From contig CAZXPC010000001.1 of the NCBI GenBank assembly GCA_964643135.1, positions 39,726 through 103,725 on the forward strand: 64,000 nucleotides of DNA. The letters are read 5' to 3'. The notes beneath the pieces were generated by a model. The model saw nothing but the letters and a program-made list of their open reading frames with translations. It ran no database searches and was not told where the DNA came from. The position numbers and the translations under genes were made by a program. Source of the DNA: an uncultured Candidatus Saccharibacteria bacterium (lineage in GTDB: Bacteria > Patescibacteriota > Minisyncoccia > UBA6257 > Colwellbacteraceae). Shown here piece after piece: positions 53,898-62,873 of the stretch; the stretch's first letter is position 1; each line of letters begins with the position of its first letter.

Positions 53898-54089
53898 ATG
53901 GGAGGAGTACCGATAAAACACCACACCAAAGGCAAAGTTGGGCGCCGACGCAGCCAGCTCGCTAGAAAGCCGATCAATGTTTCGCGCTGCATGAATTGTA
54001 ATTCGCCGAAAGTTGGCCACACTGCTTGCCCTAACTGCGGATATTACATGTCTGCCACGGCCCGCAAGAAGGCTGCCAAGAAATCTTAG
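53898..54089 (+). CDS. rpmF: 50S ribosomal protein L32
   Basis: 63 aa. C.NC ... CPNCGYY zinc-ribbon spacing and basic N-terminus (HHTKGKVGRRRSQ) as in bacterial L32. Confidence 0.7.
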   Translation: MGGVPIKHHTKGKVGRRRSQLARKPINVSRCMNCNSPKVGHTACPNCGYYMSATARKKAAKKS

Positions 54090-54123
54090 TATTCTTAAGT
54101 TCGCGTGCTAAACTAAATAAGTT

Positions 54124-54561
54124 ATGGCAACACGTCAATTGGGAAGAGCCCTTGTCCTGCAATCTCTCTATGAGTGGGATTTTTACGGTCGCAAGAAAAA
54201 TCTGCACGAAATAGTGTTGCGCGACATTAAAGAGTTTGCTCCGGGCTTTACCGGCATGGAATTCGTTGAGAAGCTTTCCAAAGGCGTCCAGGAGAAAATT
54301 GCGGAGATCGACCAGATCATCGAACGCTCTGCTCCAGATTGGCCAATTGTCAAACTCCCGCTTGTGGATAGAAATGTTTTACGCATTGGTTTATACGAAT
54401 TGCTCTTCGCCGACCGCGCCGAAGTGCCGCCTCGGGTCGCGATCAACGAGGCGATCGAACTGGCTAAAATTTATGGCGGAGAAAATTCCGGCAAGTTCAT
54501 TAACGGGGTGATGGGCACAGTTTATAAAGAAATAGGAGAGCCGGATAAAGCCACCGAATAA
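54124..54561 (+). CDS. nusB: Transcription antitermination factor NusB
   Basis: [17 protein letters not shown] ... [35 protein letters not shown] (NusB C-terminal signature). Confidence 0.85.
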   Translation: MATRQLGRALVLQSLYEWDFYGRKKNLHEIVLRDIKEFAPGFTGMEFVEKLSKGVQEKIAEIDQIIERSAPDWPIVKLPLVDRNVLRIGLYELLFADRAEVPPRVAINEAIELAKIYGGENSGKFINGVMGTVYKEIGEPDKATE

Positions 54562-55247
54562 TGGATCTGAAAAATATTGAGAAGAAAATAGGATATAAGT
54601 TCAAGAATCAAGACTTATTGAAAGAAGCGATTACTCACCGATCTTACCTGAACGAAAAGCCCAATTGGGGAGTTAATCACAACGAGCGGCTGGAATTTTT
54701 GGGCGATGCAGTTTTGGAGCTTATCATTACCGATAATTTATTTAAGAAATTCCCCAAGGAGGAAGAGGGCCAGCTTACTTTATATCGTTCGGCACTTGTA
54801 AATTCTAAGATGCTTGGCGCAGTGGCGAGTCAAGTTGGTTTAACCGAGGAAGTTTTGATGTCGCGCGGCGAAGCGCAGGAATCAGCCAAGAATAGATCTA
54901 AGGACAAGCTGGCGGCCAACGCGATCGAAGCCTTGATCGGCGCTATTTATTTAGACAAGGACTACGAAGCGGCGAAGCATTTTATCGATATTTTTGTCAT
55001 GCCGCACTTGTCTGAAGTCGAGAAGTTGGGCGGCAAAGACGCTAAAAGCACGGTTCAAGAACTGGCTCAAAGTGAGAACAAGACAACCCCAACTTATAAA
55101 GTTTTGGAAGAAAGCGGCCCGGCCCATGACCGGATATTTACGGTCGGGCTTTATTTTGGCAGCGACATGAAGGCCAAAGGCTCGGGCAAATCGAAACAGG
55201 AAGCGGAGCTGGTGGCCGCGGAAACTTGGCTCGCAAACAAAAAATAA
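54561..55247 (+). CDS. rnc: Ribonuclease III
   Basis: RNase III signature NERLEFLGDAVLELII. dsRBD at C-terminus (TPTYKVLEESGPAHDRIFTV ... GSGKSKQEAE). Followed by hairpin AAATCTC-tgctg-GAGATTT plus T-run at about 55309-55340. Confidence 0.92.
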   Translation: MDLKNIEKKIGYKFKNQDLLKEAITHRSYLNEKPNWGVNHNERLEFLGDAVLELIITDNLFKKFPKEEEGQLTLYRSALVNSKMLGAVASQVGLTEEVLMSRGEAQESAKNRSKDKLAANAIEALIGAIYLDKDYEAAKHFIDIFVMPHLSEVEKLGGKDAKSTVQELAQSENKTTPTYKVLEESGPAHDRIFTVGLYFGSDMKAKGSGKSKQEAELVAAETWLANKK

Positions 55248-55595
55248 CCCCACCTCCGAACTCGCTTCCACTCCTCGCCCGCCCTCATCCCATTCCGGGA
55301 AACACAATAAATCTCTGCTGAGATTTTTGTTTTTGCTCACCCGTCTACACGGGCTTGCGCAGATTCCCTTCATGGAACAAGGTCGGGCTTAGCATAGCCT
55401 AGCTTGAGTCTGTTCCGTTGAGGAGCCTCTCGCAGCCGTTCAATGCGGCGAGAAGAAGAAATTTCAGCAGAAATTATCTGTGGTGACGAAATGGAATAGC
55501 GAAAGCGAGGCTGTGCTTCTGAGGGGTAGATCGGATTTCGGAGGCGGGACAATTTGTTTTTCAAATTTAGCGATATTTGTGATATAGTGGAGTAA

Positions 55596-56339
55596 ATGAA
55601 GAAAATAGTTATTTTTTCTTTCCTTTTGCCGATCATCGCTTTCGTTTTTCTTTTTGTATTTAAAAATTATTTGCCGATTACCGGCGCAGCAGTTGAGCCG
55701 AATGTTTTGCATGGCTGGCTTTGGTCATCTAATATCGGTTGGATTAGCTTGAATTGCGATCACACTAACGACGGCACTAATCCCGCATATACTGAGTGCG
55801 GGTCAAGCGGCAACCCGCCGCAATATCAAGTCACACTCAATCCGTTCAGCGGAGCCTTTAGCGGTTATGCCTGGAATGGCAACGGCCCGGGTGCGAGAGC
55901 AGGGATTGGTTGGATACGCTTTGATCCACCGGGACCGTATCCGGAAAATCCTCAAATACCGGCGACTCTTAAGCAACTCGCGTCTGGGCGTTTCCAGGTA
56001 CAAGGCTGGGCTCGCGCCTGCGCTCCGGCGCAAGACCCGGTGGCCTGCTCAGGTTATGCCAATCCGGTTTCGCAAAACACCGGCGGGTGGGATGGCTGGA
56101 TAAAACTCTCCGGCTCGACGACCGATTGTCCGGCGCTCAAAGACTATAGCCCTAATCCGCCCGGCAAACCCTATGAAACGTGTCTTACTGCTGACGGCAA
56201 AAAACTTGAGGGCTGGGCGTGGGGAGGGGATACTATCGGCTGGATCGAATTCGACCCGAGTTTGAATTCGGTAGCCGTGCCGGTCGGATCAAGCCATATT
56301 TGCGAGGTCCGGCCAGGCTCAACCAAGTGTGCGAAATAA
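55596..56339 (+). CDS. Membrane-anchored/secreted Trp-Gly repeat protein (GW.W...IGWI.F repeats)
   Basis: N-terminal TM helix. Repeats HGWLWSSNIGWISL, GYAWNGNG..GIGWIRFDP, GGWDGWIKL and EGWAWGGDTIGWIEFDP. Several Cys. Confidence 0.55.
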   Translation: MKKIVIFSFLLPIIAFVFLFVFKNYLPITGAAVEPNVLHGWLWSSNIGWISLNCDHTNDGTNPAYTECGSSGNPPQYQVTLNPFSGAFSGYAWNGNGPGARAGIGWIRFDPPGPYPENPQIPATLKQLASGRFQVQGWARACAPAQDPVACSGYANPVSQNTGGWDGWIKLSGSTTDCPALKDYSPNPPGKPYETCLTADGKKLEGWAWGGDTIGWIEFDPSLNSVAVPVGSSHICEVRPGSTKCAK

Positions 56340-56342
56340 ACC

Positions 56343-56645
56343 ATGACCACTAAGCAAACATTAATTTACTTGGGTCTAGGATTTGCTATAATTTTAGCGA
56401 TCATCTTCGGTATTTATTTCTATATTCATAACAATCCTGCTAACAACGGCGGGTCGACCCAGAATGGCCAGACCCTAACTAAGGAAGAACAAGAAGAATT
56501 ACTAAAAAGCATTACGGGTACCGCGCCCGGTACCGCCCCGCCAGGTACAGGCTCAACGGGCATTCAGACATCGCCGCCGACAGCCCCGAGCCCAACCCCA
56601 GAAGATTACACCAGGTACAATAGCAAAACCGGAAGGACAAAATAA
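56343..56645 (+). CDS. Small membrane-anchored Pro/Thr/Gly-rich protein
   Basis: TM helix LIYLGLGFAIILAIIFGIYFYI followed by low-complexity TAPGTAPPGTGSTG tail. Confidence 0.45.
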   Translation: MTTKQTLIYLGLGFAIILAIIFGIYFYIHNNPANNGGSTQNGQTLTKEEQEELLKSITGTAPGTAPPGTGSTGIQTSPPTAPSPTPEDYTRYNSKTGRTK

Positions 56646-56655
56646 AAAAAAGAAA

Positions 56656-58056
56656 ATGAAAAATAAAATTATCCTCTATCTCAACATTCTGTTCGCCGGT
56701 TTGGTTTTGACGACCGGGTTCGCCTTTGCGACCGGGAGTTGGTCAGCTCCGACCGCCAATCCGCCTGGCAATAATGCCGAACTGCCTCTTAATGGCAGCG
56801 ATTATGGGCAGACAAAGAAAGCTGGCCTAACTTTAAATACGAGCGGTTTTCCGACCGGCCTCGTTATTGATAAAGGGACTCTCCAAATTTCAGCTTTGGC
56901 TAGCGCCAGTTGCATAGTCAACAATAAAGTTATCTCAACCGACGCTTCTGGGGTCGTGACTTGTGTGACCGCTCCCTTTGCCACTGAGTCCAATCATTCC
57001 AAGACTTCTGATAGTGCTACAACCGCCGGAAGTGCTGGCAGCGCCACTAACGCTACCTATGCGACTAACCTAGCCGGAGGTACCGCAGGGCAAATCCCGT
57101 ATCAAAGCGCGCCAAGCGTTACAACTTTTGATAATGCTCTGAAATGGGTCAAGACCGGGAGTCCAAGTGTCTTTCCGTATACCAACGACACCCTGACTTT
57201 GATCGGGGGTCACGAATACGTTTCAACAGTGAATGATACCGCCATTTTAGGGGAGAGCGGGAATAGTTACGGCGTGTGGGGCTACAGCCACAACAGCATT
57301 GGAGTTTTTGCCACCGGTCTAATATATGGAATAGATGGCTCGAGCAGCGCTGCAGTTCAGCCGGGCATACCCAACCCTTCCGGAGCAAGGTTCAAGGGAT
57401 CGGGATCACTTACGACTTACATATCAAACAATAATGGTGGCTACAGCGTTGACGGCAATGGCCCCATCAGCGGAACGCAATATTGTATTAGCAGAGCTAA
57501 TTGCATATCCGGCTGGAAGAGCACTTGGACGTCTGGCGATGCGGTCAATCTTGTAATGAGAGATGCTTCGGGTAACTTCGCGGCTAATAACATAACTGCC
57601 GCTAATACCATAACTGCCAACAAATTGACCGTTAATACAGTTGACCCTGTTTATACCATTGGCGGGGTGAATTATGCGACCTACATGCCCGGCATGACAG
57701 GCGTTAAAGAAGAAACGACCGGCACGCTCACTTTAAGCGGTAATAAATATGTAGTTGATCTGAATAATTTATCTGAAGGCTCGGATCTCTGGCTCTTCAG
57801 TAAAGCCACGAATCTTAAGAATAATTTGAGTAAACTGACGATTATCTTAACCCCTTCGTTCGATGGGCGAGTGTGGTACGCAAAAGACTTAGTCAATAAC
57901 AAGCTAACTATTTACGGATCTCCAGCTAACAGCTCTCAGCTAACAGCTATAAGCTATGAAGTGAGCTACCGCTTAACCGCGCCTAGGTTCGACTCAGCGA
58001 GCTGGACTAATTATAACCACGATATCGGAGTGAGCGGACTAACCATCAATAATTAA
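56656..58056 (+). CDS. Large secreted Ser/Thr/Asn/Gly-rich surface protein (adhesin/fibre-like)
   Basis: Signal peptide/TM at N-terminus. 466 aa dominated by S/T/G/N/A with repetitive TITANKLTVNTV-type beta-strand-like segments. Confidence 0.5.
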   Translation: MKNKIILYLNILFAGLVLTTGFAFATGSWSAPTANPPGNNAELPLNGSDYGQTKKAGLTLNTSGFPTGLVIDKGTLQISALASASCIVNNKVISTDASGVVTCVTAPFATESNHSKTSDSATTAGSAGSATNATYATNLAGGTAGQIPYQSAPSVTTFDNALKWVKTGSPSVFPYTNDTLTLIGGHEYVSTVNDTAILGESGNSYGVWGYSHNSIGVFATGLIYGIDGSSSAAVQPGIPNPSGARFKGSGSLTTYISNNNGGYSVDGNGPISGTQYCISRANCISGWKSTWTSGDAVNLVMRDASGNFAANNITAANTITANKLTVNTVDPVYTIGGVNYATYMPGMTGVKEETTGTLTLSGNKYVVDLNNLSEGSDLWLFSKATNLKNNLSKLTIILTPSFDGRVWYAKDLVNNKLTIYGSPANSSQLTAISYEVSYRLTAPRFDSASWTNYNHDIGVSGLTINN

Positions 58057-58075
58057 TCGATTCAGAATTTCACCA

Positions 58076-59995
58076 ATGAAAGTTTTAAGTAAGTTATTAA
58101 TATTATTCTTCGGATTATTGTTGGCGGCGGCCGTTTTTTATCCAAATTCCGCTAAGGCCAGTGACTGCGCGGCTCCTTTGCCGGGGATGGTTAATTATAC
58201 CGTAAGCCCTTCGGGGTGCTCTTTTAATACCTCTGAAAGCGGAGGCGTAAATGGGGTGGACGGCGGTAATCTTACAATTCCTTCTAATACCACACTAACA
58301 CTTCAGCCCGGCCAGACAATTGTCTTCAATCCCGGGAATCAAGTTATTGTTTCTCCGACAGGGAAGATCGACGGGCCGCCTAATCAGATCAAAAAAACAA
58401 AACTATGGATGATCGATGCCAATAAAAATGGTTATCCGGCGAGCATGGCTCAATTTGCTTCAGATTCGCTGGGTCTGCCATATGTTAGAAGGAAAGATAT
58501 ATCAGTCTCTAACGGGGTGAATAATGGATTTTATCGACCGGCGTATTCATCCCTCAAAACTGTTGTTGATTGCAACGAAGCCACAGACCCAAGTGTAAGG
58601 GTGTATTGCCCGTCTGCCACTACCGGATCCTATACCAATAATGCTACCTCTTCTTATAGCGATACCGGTAATGCTAATAATGTTACTTTGAACGGGTCTG
58701 GCTATACAGGTGGTAAACCTAACGAAGTTTGGTTCCAATACTGGAAGTCCGGCGAGGCGCCCAGCGCATGCAGCGACAAAGGAGGCTCGGCCACGGCGCA
58801 TCATTATTTTGTTGATCCGTTTGGAGTCCCCATTACTTCCGGTTTGCAAACCAGGTCCGAAACTTTGTCCGGTTTGGATTTCGGGACGGTTTACAAATAC
58901 TGCTACATCTCATTAAACACTTACGGCATCGCTTTTGGCGATATTAATACTTTTACAACTCCACCATATATGTATACCAATGTTGGGCAGAGTGTTATAA
59001 ACCCGACGAGTGCTACATTGGTCGGCAATGTTACTGCCGGCAATATTTCGACAGATGCTTGGTTCGAGTGGGGTTTGGCGGGTGCGGAATCGGGAGTTTG
59101 CCGTTGGCCGAGTGGCGCTATGTATTATCCGAATAGCACCTCGCCTCACACATCGGTTTCTCCCGGTAGTGCTGTGTCATTTTCTGCTAATATATCTGGT
59201 CTTACCTCAGGAACAAATTACGCCTATTGCGCCTTAGGCTCGAACGGATCTCTTAAGAGCTCCGGTGGATCTGCGCTGAATGCCTACGGCTCAGGCATGC
59301 ACTTTACAACACCTTACAATATGAGTGTTTCTGTTTCTGGACCGGGCTCAGTTACCTCGGACCCAGCCGGCATAAACTGCGCGCCTACTTGCTCAGCTAA
59401 TTATAGCCCCAATACCAGAATTACTTTAACTGCCCACCCATCGCCCGACAAGATTCTTCAAAGCTGGGGAGGAGGAACTTGTAGTGGATCTTCTAATACC
59501 TGTGCTTTCTATATTAACGAGGACAAAAATGGATCAAAAACTATAACTGCCACATTCGTTTGCGCGCCTCACAACTTAACAGTTCAAAACGGAACAGGAA
59601 ACGCCAGCGGCTGTACCGGTACAGCGCACGCAATTTCAGCTAACTCGGCAACCTACCCAACAGTTTTCACCGGCTGGAGCCAGAATCCTAGCAACGGAAG
59701 CTTTGCCAACTCCGGAGCATTAAACACAAATTATACTCTGGGCACTGTTGATGAAACAGTGACGGCTAATTATTACACGTATAGCTGGCATTATTGTGTT
59801 CCCGAACAGTGGCCGATACCGAATCCCGAACCGCCACCAAATGGTAATTATTGCAATTTTAACGGCTGGATGGACATAGAAAGCAGCAATGGCAAGTGGG
59901 GAACCATGCATAATTATAACGGCGCATGGTGTAATATTAATGTTTTCGGAGATCCTGATCCGGGAGTTTCGAAGGCTTGCTATAAATGGTACTAA
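58076..59995 (+). CDS. Large secreted protein with Cys-containing bacterial repeat domains (divergent InlB-B-repeat-like: G.GSV.S.P.GI.C...C...Y......TL.A.P....F.GW.G.C)
   Basis: Signal peptide MKVLSKLLILFFGLLLAAAVFYPNSAKA. Segment SVSGPGSVTSDPAGINCAPTCSANYSPNTRITLTAHPSPDKILQSWGGGTCSG fits the Listeria-Bacteroides repeat pattern. Two W.(F/E)WG..G...C modules are also present. Confidence 0.55.
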   Translation: MKVLSKLLILFFGLLLAAAVFYPNSAKASDCAAPLPGMVNYTVSPSGCSFNTSESGGVNGVDGGNLTIPSNTTLTLQPGQTIVFNPGNQVIVSPTGKIDGPPNQIKKTKLWMIDANKNGYPASMAQFASDSLGLPYVRRKDISVSNGVNNGFYRPAYSSLKTVVDCNEATDPSVRVYCPSATTGSYTNNATSSYSDTGNANNVTLNGSGYTGGKPNEVWFQYWKSGEAPSACSDKGGSATAHHYFVDPFGVPITSGLQTRSETLSGLDFGTVYKYCYISLNTYGIAFGDINTFTTPPYMYTNVGQSVINPTSATLVGNVTAGNISTDAWFEWGLAGAESGVCRWPSGAMYYPNSTSPHTSVSPGSAVSFSANISGLTSGTNYAYCALGSNGSLKSSGGSALNAYGSGMHFTTPYNMSVSVSGPGSVTSDPAGINCAPTCSANYSPNTRITLTAHPSPDKILQSWGGGTCSGSSNTCAFYINEDKNGSKTITATFVCAPHNLTVQNGTGNASGCTGTAHAISANSATYPTVFTGWSQNPSNGSFANSGALNTNYTLGTVDETVTANYYTYSWHYCVPEQWPIPNPEPPPNGNYCNFNGWMDIESSNGKWGTMHNYNGAWCNINVFGDPDPGVSKACYKWY

Positions 59996-60001
59996 TAAGC
60001 A

Positions 60002-60205
60002 ATGAAATTAAAACCGCAATTTAATAATTTGGTGAAGTTTTCTGGGAAAGTTCGCTTGGTCGTTCTGCTCGGCCTAGCATTTGGTCTTGTAATCTTGCTA
60101 TTAGTCGGCCTTTTCATCTATAGCCGCCATTCTTGGCCGATGATCGGCGAGGGCGGCCCCATTCCTCCACTTGCGCCGGGCCAAGTTTCGCCAGCTCAAC
60201 AATAA
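60002..60205 (+). CDS. Small single-pass membrane protein
   Basis: 67 aa. TM helix VRLVVLLGLAFGLVILLLVGLFIY. Confidence 0.35.
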   Translation: MKLKPQFNNLVKFSGKVRLVVLLGLAFGLVILLLVGLFIYSRHSWPMIGEGGPIPPLAPGQVSPAQQ

Positions 60206-60211
60206 ATATTT

Positions 60212-60748
60212 ATGATCGTATATGTACACGCTAAGAAAATATTAATAACTCTTTCGGTGGCGGTTTTAGTTTGCGCTGTGCTGGTTATAATTTTTGCAGG
60301 TTCCAGCATCAAGCAGGTTTTTAACCCCGGCCCGCCCGGCCCGCCGCCGACATTTGCACCGGCTCCGGCTAATATCAAAGTTCCGTCCGCGGGAGAAAGC
60401 ATCAGCAATCACGATATCAGCTCGCCTGTAGCCGTGGCGCCTTCGACGACCAATCCCGGCGAAGTTGTCAGGACTTTCAACGTCCGCGCTTTTAACAACA
60501 ATTATGACCACAATACGATTATCGTAAACGATGGCGATTTAGTGAAGATTAATTTTACCGCGGTGGATGATGCTTATGATCTGACTATTCCCGTTTTAAA
60601 GCTGCAGGTTAGCGCCAAGAAGGGCGAAACCAAACTGCTCGAATTCAAGGCGACGCCGGCAGGCAAGTATCTCTTCTATTGCGATCTTTGCGGCGGCATC
60701 AATTCTTCGATGCATGGATATCTGATCATCGCAGCAAAAGCTTCATAG
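60212..60748 (+). CDS. Membrane-anchored cupredoxin-like protein
   Basis: TM helix then Pro-rich linker. C-terminal ... GKYLFYCDLCGGINSSMHGYLII resembles the Cys-x-x-His-x-x-Met end of type-1 copper/cupredoxin folds. Confidence 0.5.
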   Translation: MIVYVHAKKILITLSVAVLVCAVLVIIFAGSSIKQVFNPGPPGPPPTFAPAPANIKVPSAGESISNHDISSPVAVAPSTTNPGEVVRTFNVRAFNNNYDHNTIIVNDGDLVKINFTAVDDAYDLTIPVLKLQVSAKKGETKLLEFKATPAGKYLFYCDLCGGINSSMHGYLIIAAKAS

Positions 60749-60750
60749 AG

Positions 60751-61722
60751 ATGAGCATCCTCATTAAGAACGTCCAGATCGTTGACGGTACCGGGAGCGA
60801 GCCATACAACGCGGATGTTTTCGTCGACAAGAATTTAATTTCCGCGATCGGGAACTTGAAAAGCAAGGAGGCGACCGAGGTTATCGAAGGAGCGGAGAAT
60901 TACTTAACGCCTGGTTTCGTTGATCTAGCATCATCTGCCGACCACGACCTGTCGATATTTCTAAATTCCCCGAAAACCAAAGAAATTAAGAACGGCGTTA
61001 CAACTATCTTAGGCGGCCATGGGGGAGTATCGCTTGCGCCGCTTATCTACGGCAGTTTAGATCTTTTGCGTCCATGGGGCGACGTTTCCAGAATCAATGT
61101 TGATTGGCATAGTGTCGGCGAATTTATGCAAACTCTGACTAAGCTCCAGCTGGGAGTTAATTTTGGTACGCTGGTTGGCTACCAAACCGTGAGAGAGGCG
61201 CTCATCCACAATGAGAAAAGGCCGTTAGCTAAAGATGAACTGAAAGTATTCAAAAAAATATTGATTGATTCATTGGATCAAGGCGCTTTGGGACTATCAA
61301 TAGACGGCGAAGATAATTCCTCTCGCAGTGAGATTAAAGAACTATTAGAAATTGTAAAAAACTATGGCGCCATATATTCGGTATATCTGAGAAAAGGAGA
61401 TAGGGCGAAAGCCGAAGAAGCTTTAAGCATCGCGCGCGAAATAGGTGTAAAAACTTTAATTTGCCTCCCTCGGGGAGAAGAGAATGCCGAGTCTGTAGAA
61501 AAAGTAGGAGGGGATGCGCTTTACGCTCCTTACCCGTTTTTGGACAACATCAGAAGCGAGAATTTGAGCGCTGCAGTTAAAAATATTACCTCAATTCCCG
61601 CGGAATTCTTGGGACTTAAAGACCGGGGAATTATCAAAGAAGGGAAGGTTGCCGATCTGACGATCCTCGACAAAAATGATTATAAGAAAAAAGAGGTAAT
61701 TCTAAAGGGCATAAGAATATGA
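60751..61722 (+). CDS. Amidohydrolase-superfamily protein (possibly catalytically degenerate)
   Basis: Start at ATG 60751 (MSILIKNVQIVDGTGSEPYNADVFVDKNLISAIG ... PGFVDLASSADHD). The usual first HxH metal motif is replaced by SSADHD. Confidence 0.6.
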   Translation: MSILIKNVQIVDGTGSEPYNADVFVDKNLISAIGNLKSKEATEVIEGAENYLTPGFVDLASSADHDLSIFLNSPKTKEIKNGVTTILGGHGGVSLAPLIYGSLDLLRPWGDVSRINVDWHSVGEFMQTLTKLQLGVNFGTLVGYQTVREALIHNEKRPLAKDELKVFKKILIDSLDQGALGLSIDGEDNSSRSEIKELLEIVKNYGAIYSVYLRKGDRAKAEEALSIAREIGVKTLICLPRGEENAESVEKVGGDALYAPYPFLDNIRSENLSAAVKNITSIPAEFLGLKDRGIIKEGKVADLTILDKNDYKKKEVILKGIRI

Positions 61723-62840
61723 GATTAGTGGGCATAAAACTGGGCGGAAGGCCGGCCCGGCCCGGCGATCAATTAATATTTTTCATAGTTCTCGCGCTGG
61801 TCCTTTTCGGTTTTGTGGCGCTTTCCTCCGCTTCTTCTGATTTGGCGAAACTGAAATTTAACGACCCTTATTATTATCTAACTCATCAGCTTGTCTACGG
61901 ACTGACTTTGGGCGTCGCCGGATTTCTCTTCGGATATTTCTTTCCTTATGAAAAATACAAGCGCCTGGCGCCGATAATATTTTTTGCGGCGATATTCTTC
62001 CTGGCGCTCACTTTTGTTCCCTCGCTGGGCTTTAACTCAGGCGGCGCCACCCGCTGGTTGAATCTGGGTCCGATCACTTTTCAGCCGGCCGAGTTTTTGA
62101 AGATCGCTTCTATCATTTATTTATCAGCCTGGCTCTCCGGCGGCAGAAAAAATAGACAGAAAGATTTTGTCCACGGCTTTATGCCCTTCCTCATTATTTG
62201 CGGATTTATCGGCACTCTTTTAATTCTGCAGAAATCGACCAGTTCGCTCGTTATCATTCTGGTTTCTTCGATTGCGGTTTATTTCGCGAGCGGCGCTAGA
62301 TTCAGATATTTGTTTTACTTCGGCGGACTGGGAGTTCTGGGGTTGATAGCGCTCATTATTCTCACTCCTTACCGGTTTCAAAGAGTCGCGACTTTCTTAA
62401 ACCCGAGCATAGACACTTCCGGCAGCGGCTATCAGATCAATCAAGCGCTCATCACCATCGGCTCCGGCGGAATTTTCGGCCGCGGTTATGGCAACTCAGT
62501 TTCCAAAAATTTCCTGCCCGAACGGATTGGGGACTCGATTTTCGCCATTATCGCCGAAGAATTTGGTTTTATCGGCGCAACGCTAGTCATCCTCGGCTTC
62601 CTTTTCCTTGTGATTAGAAGTTATATTCTGGCCTCAAAAGTGCGGGATCAATTCGGCAAATTGCTGCTTATTGGTTTTGCTACACTATTCGGCATGCAGG
62701 CTTTTATGAATATCGGGGCCATTTCGGGCCTGATCCCATTAACCGGCGTGCCCCTGCCGTTTATCAGCTACGGCGGAACTGCTTTGGCCGCTTTCATGAC
62801 TGCCACCGGGATTATGCTTAACATTACAAAAAGGGCGTAG
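61719..62840 (+). CDS. ftsW: SEDS-family peptidoglycan glycosyltransferase (FtsW/RodA); immediately precedes murG
   Basis: 10 TM helices. PAEFLKIASIIYLSAWL and IPLTGVPLPFISYGGTALAAFM motifs of FtsW/RodA. Confidence 0.85.
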   Translation: MRLVGIKLGGRPARPGDQLIFFIVLALVLFGFVALSSASSDLAKLKFNDPYYYLTHQLVYGLTLGVAGFLFGYFFPYEKYKRLAPIIFFAAIFFLALTFVPSLGFNSGGATRWLNLGPITFQPAEFLKIASIIYLSAWLSGGRKNRQKDFVHGFMPFLIICGFIGTLLILQKSTSSLVIILVSSIAVYFASGARFRYLFYFGGLGVLGLIALIILTPYRFQRVATFLNPSIDTSGSGYQINQALITIGSGGIFGRGYGNSVSKNFLPERIGDSIFAIIAEEFGFIGATLVILGFLFLVIRSYILASKVRDQFGKLLLIGFATLFGMQAFMNIGAISGLIPLTGVPLPFISYGGTALAAFMTATGIMLNITKRA

Positions 62841-62873
62841 AAAGTTAGCCGTTTTTAGTTTATAGTTCTTAGC

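Noticed and set aside
55250-55300. CCACCTCC / CTCCTCC pyrimidine tracts (55255-55262 and 44154-44160) resembling the 16S anti-SD
   Set aside because: They are short, isolated and lack surrounding 16S-like sequence. Most likely coincidental.
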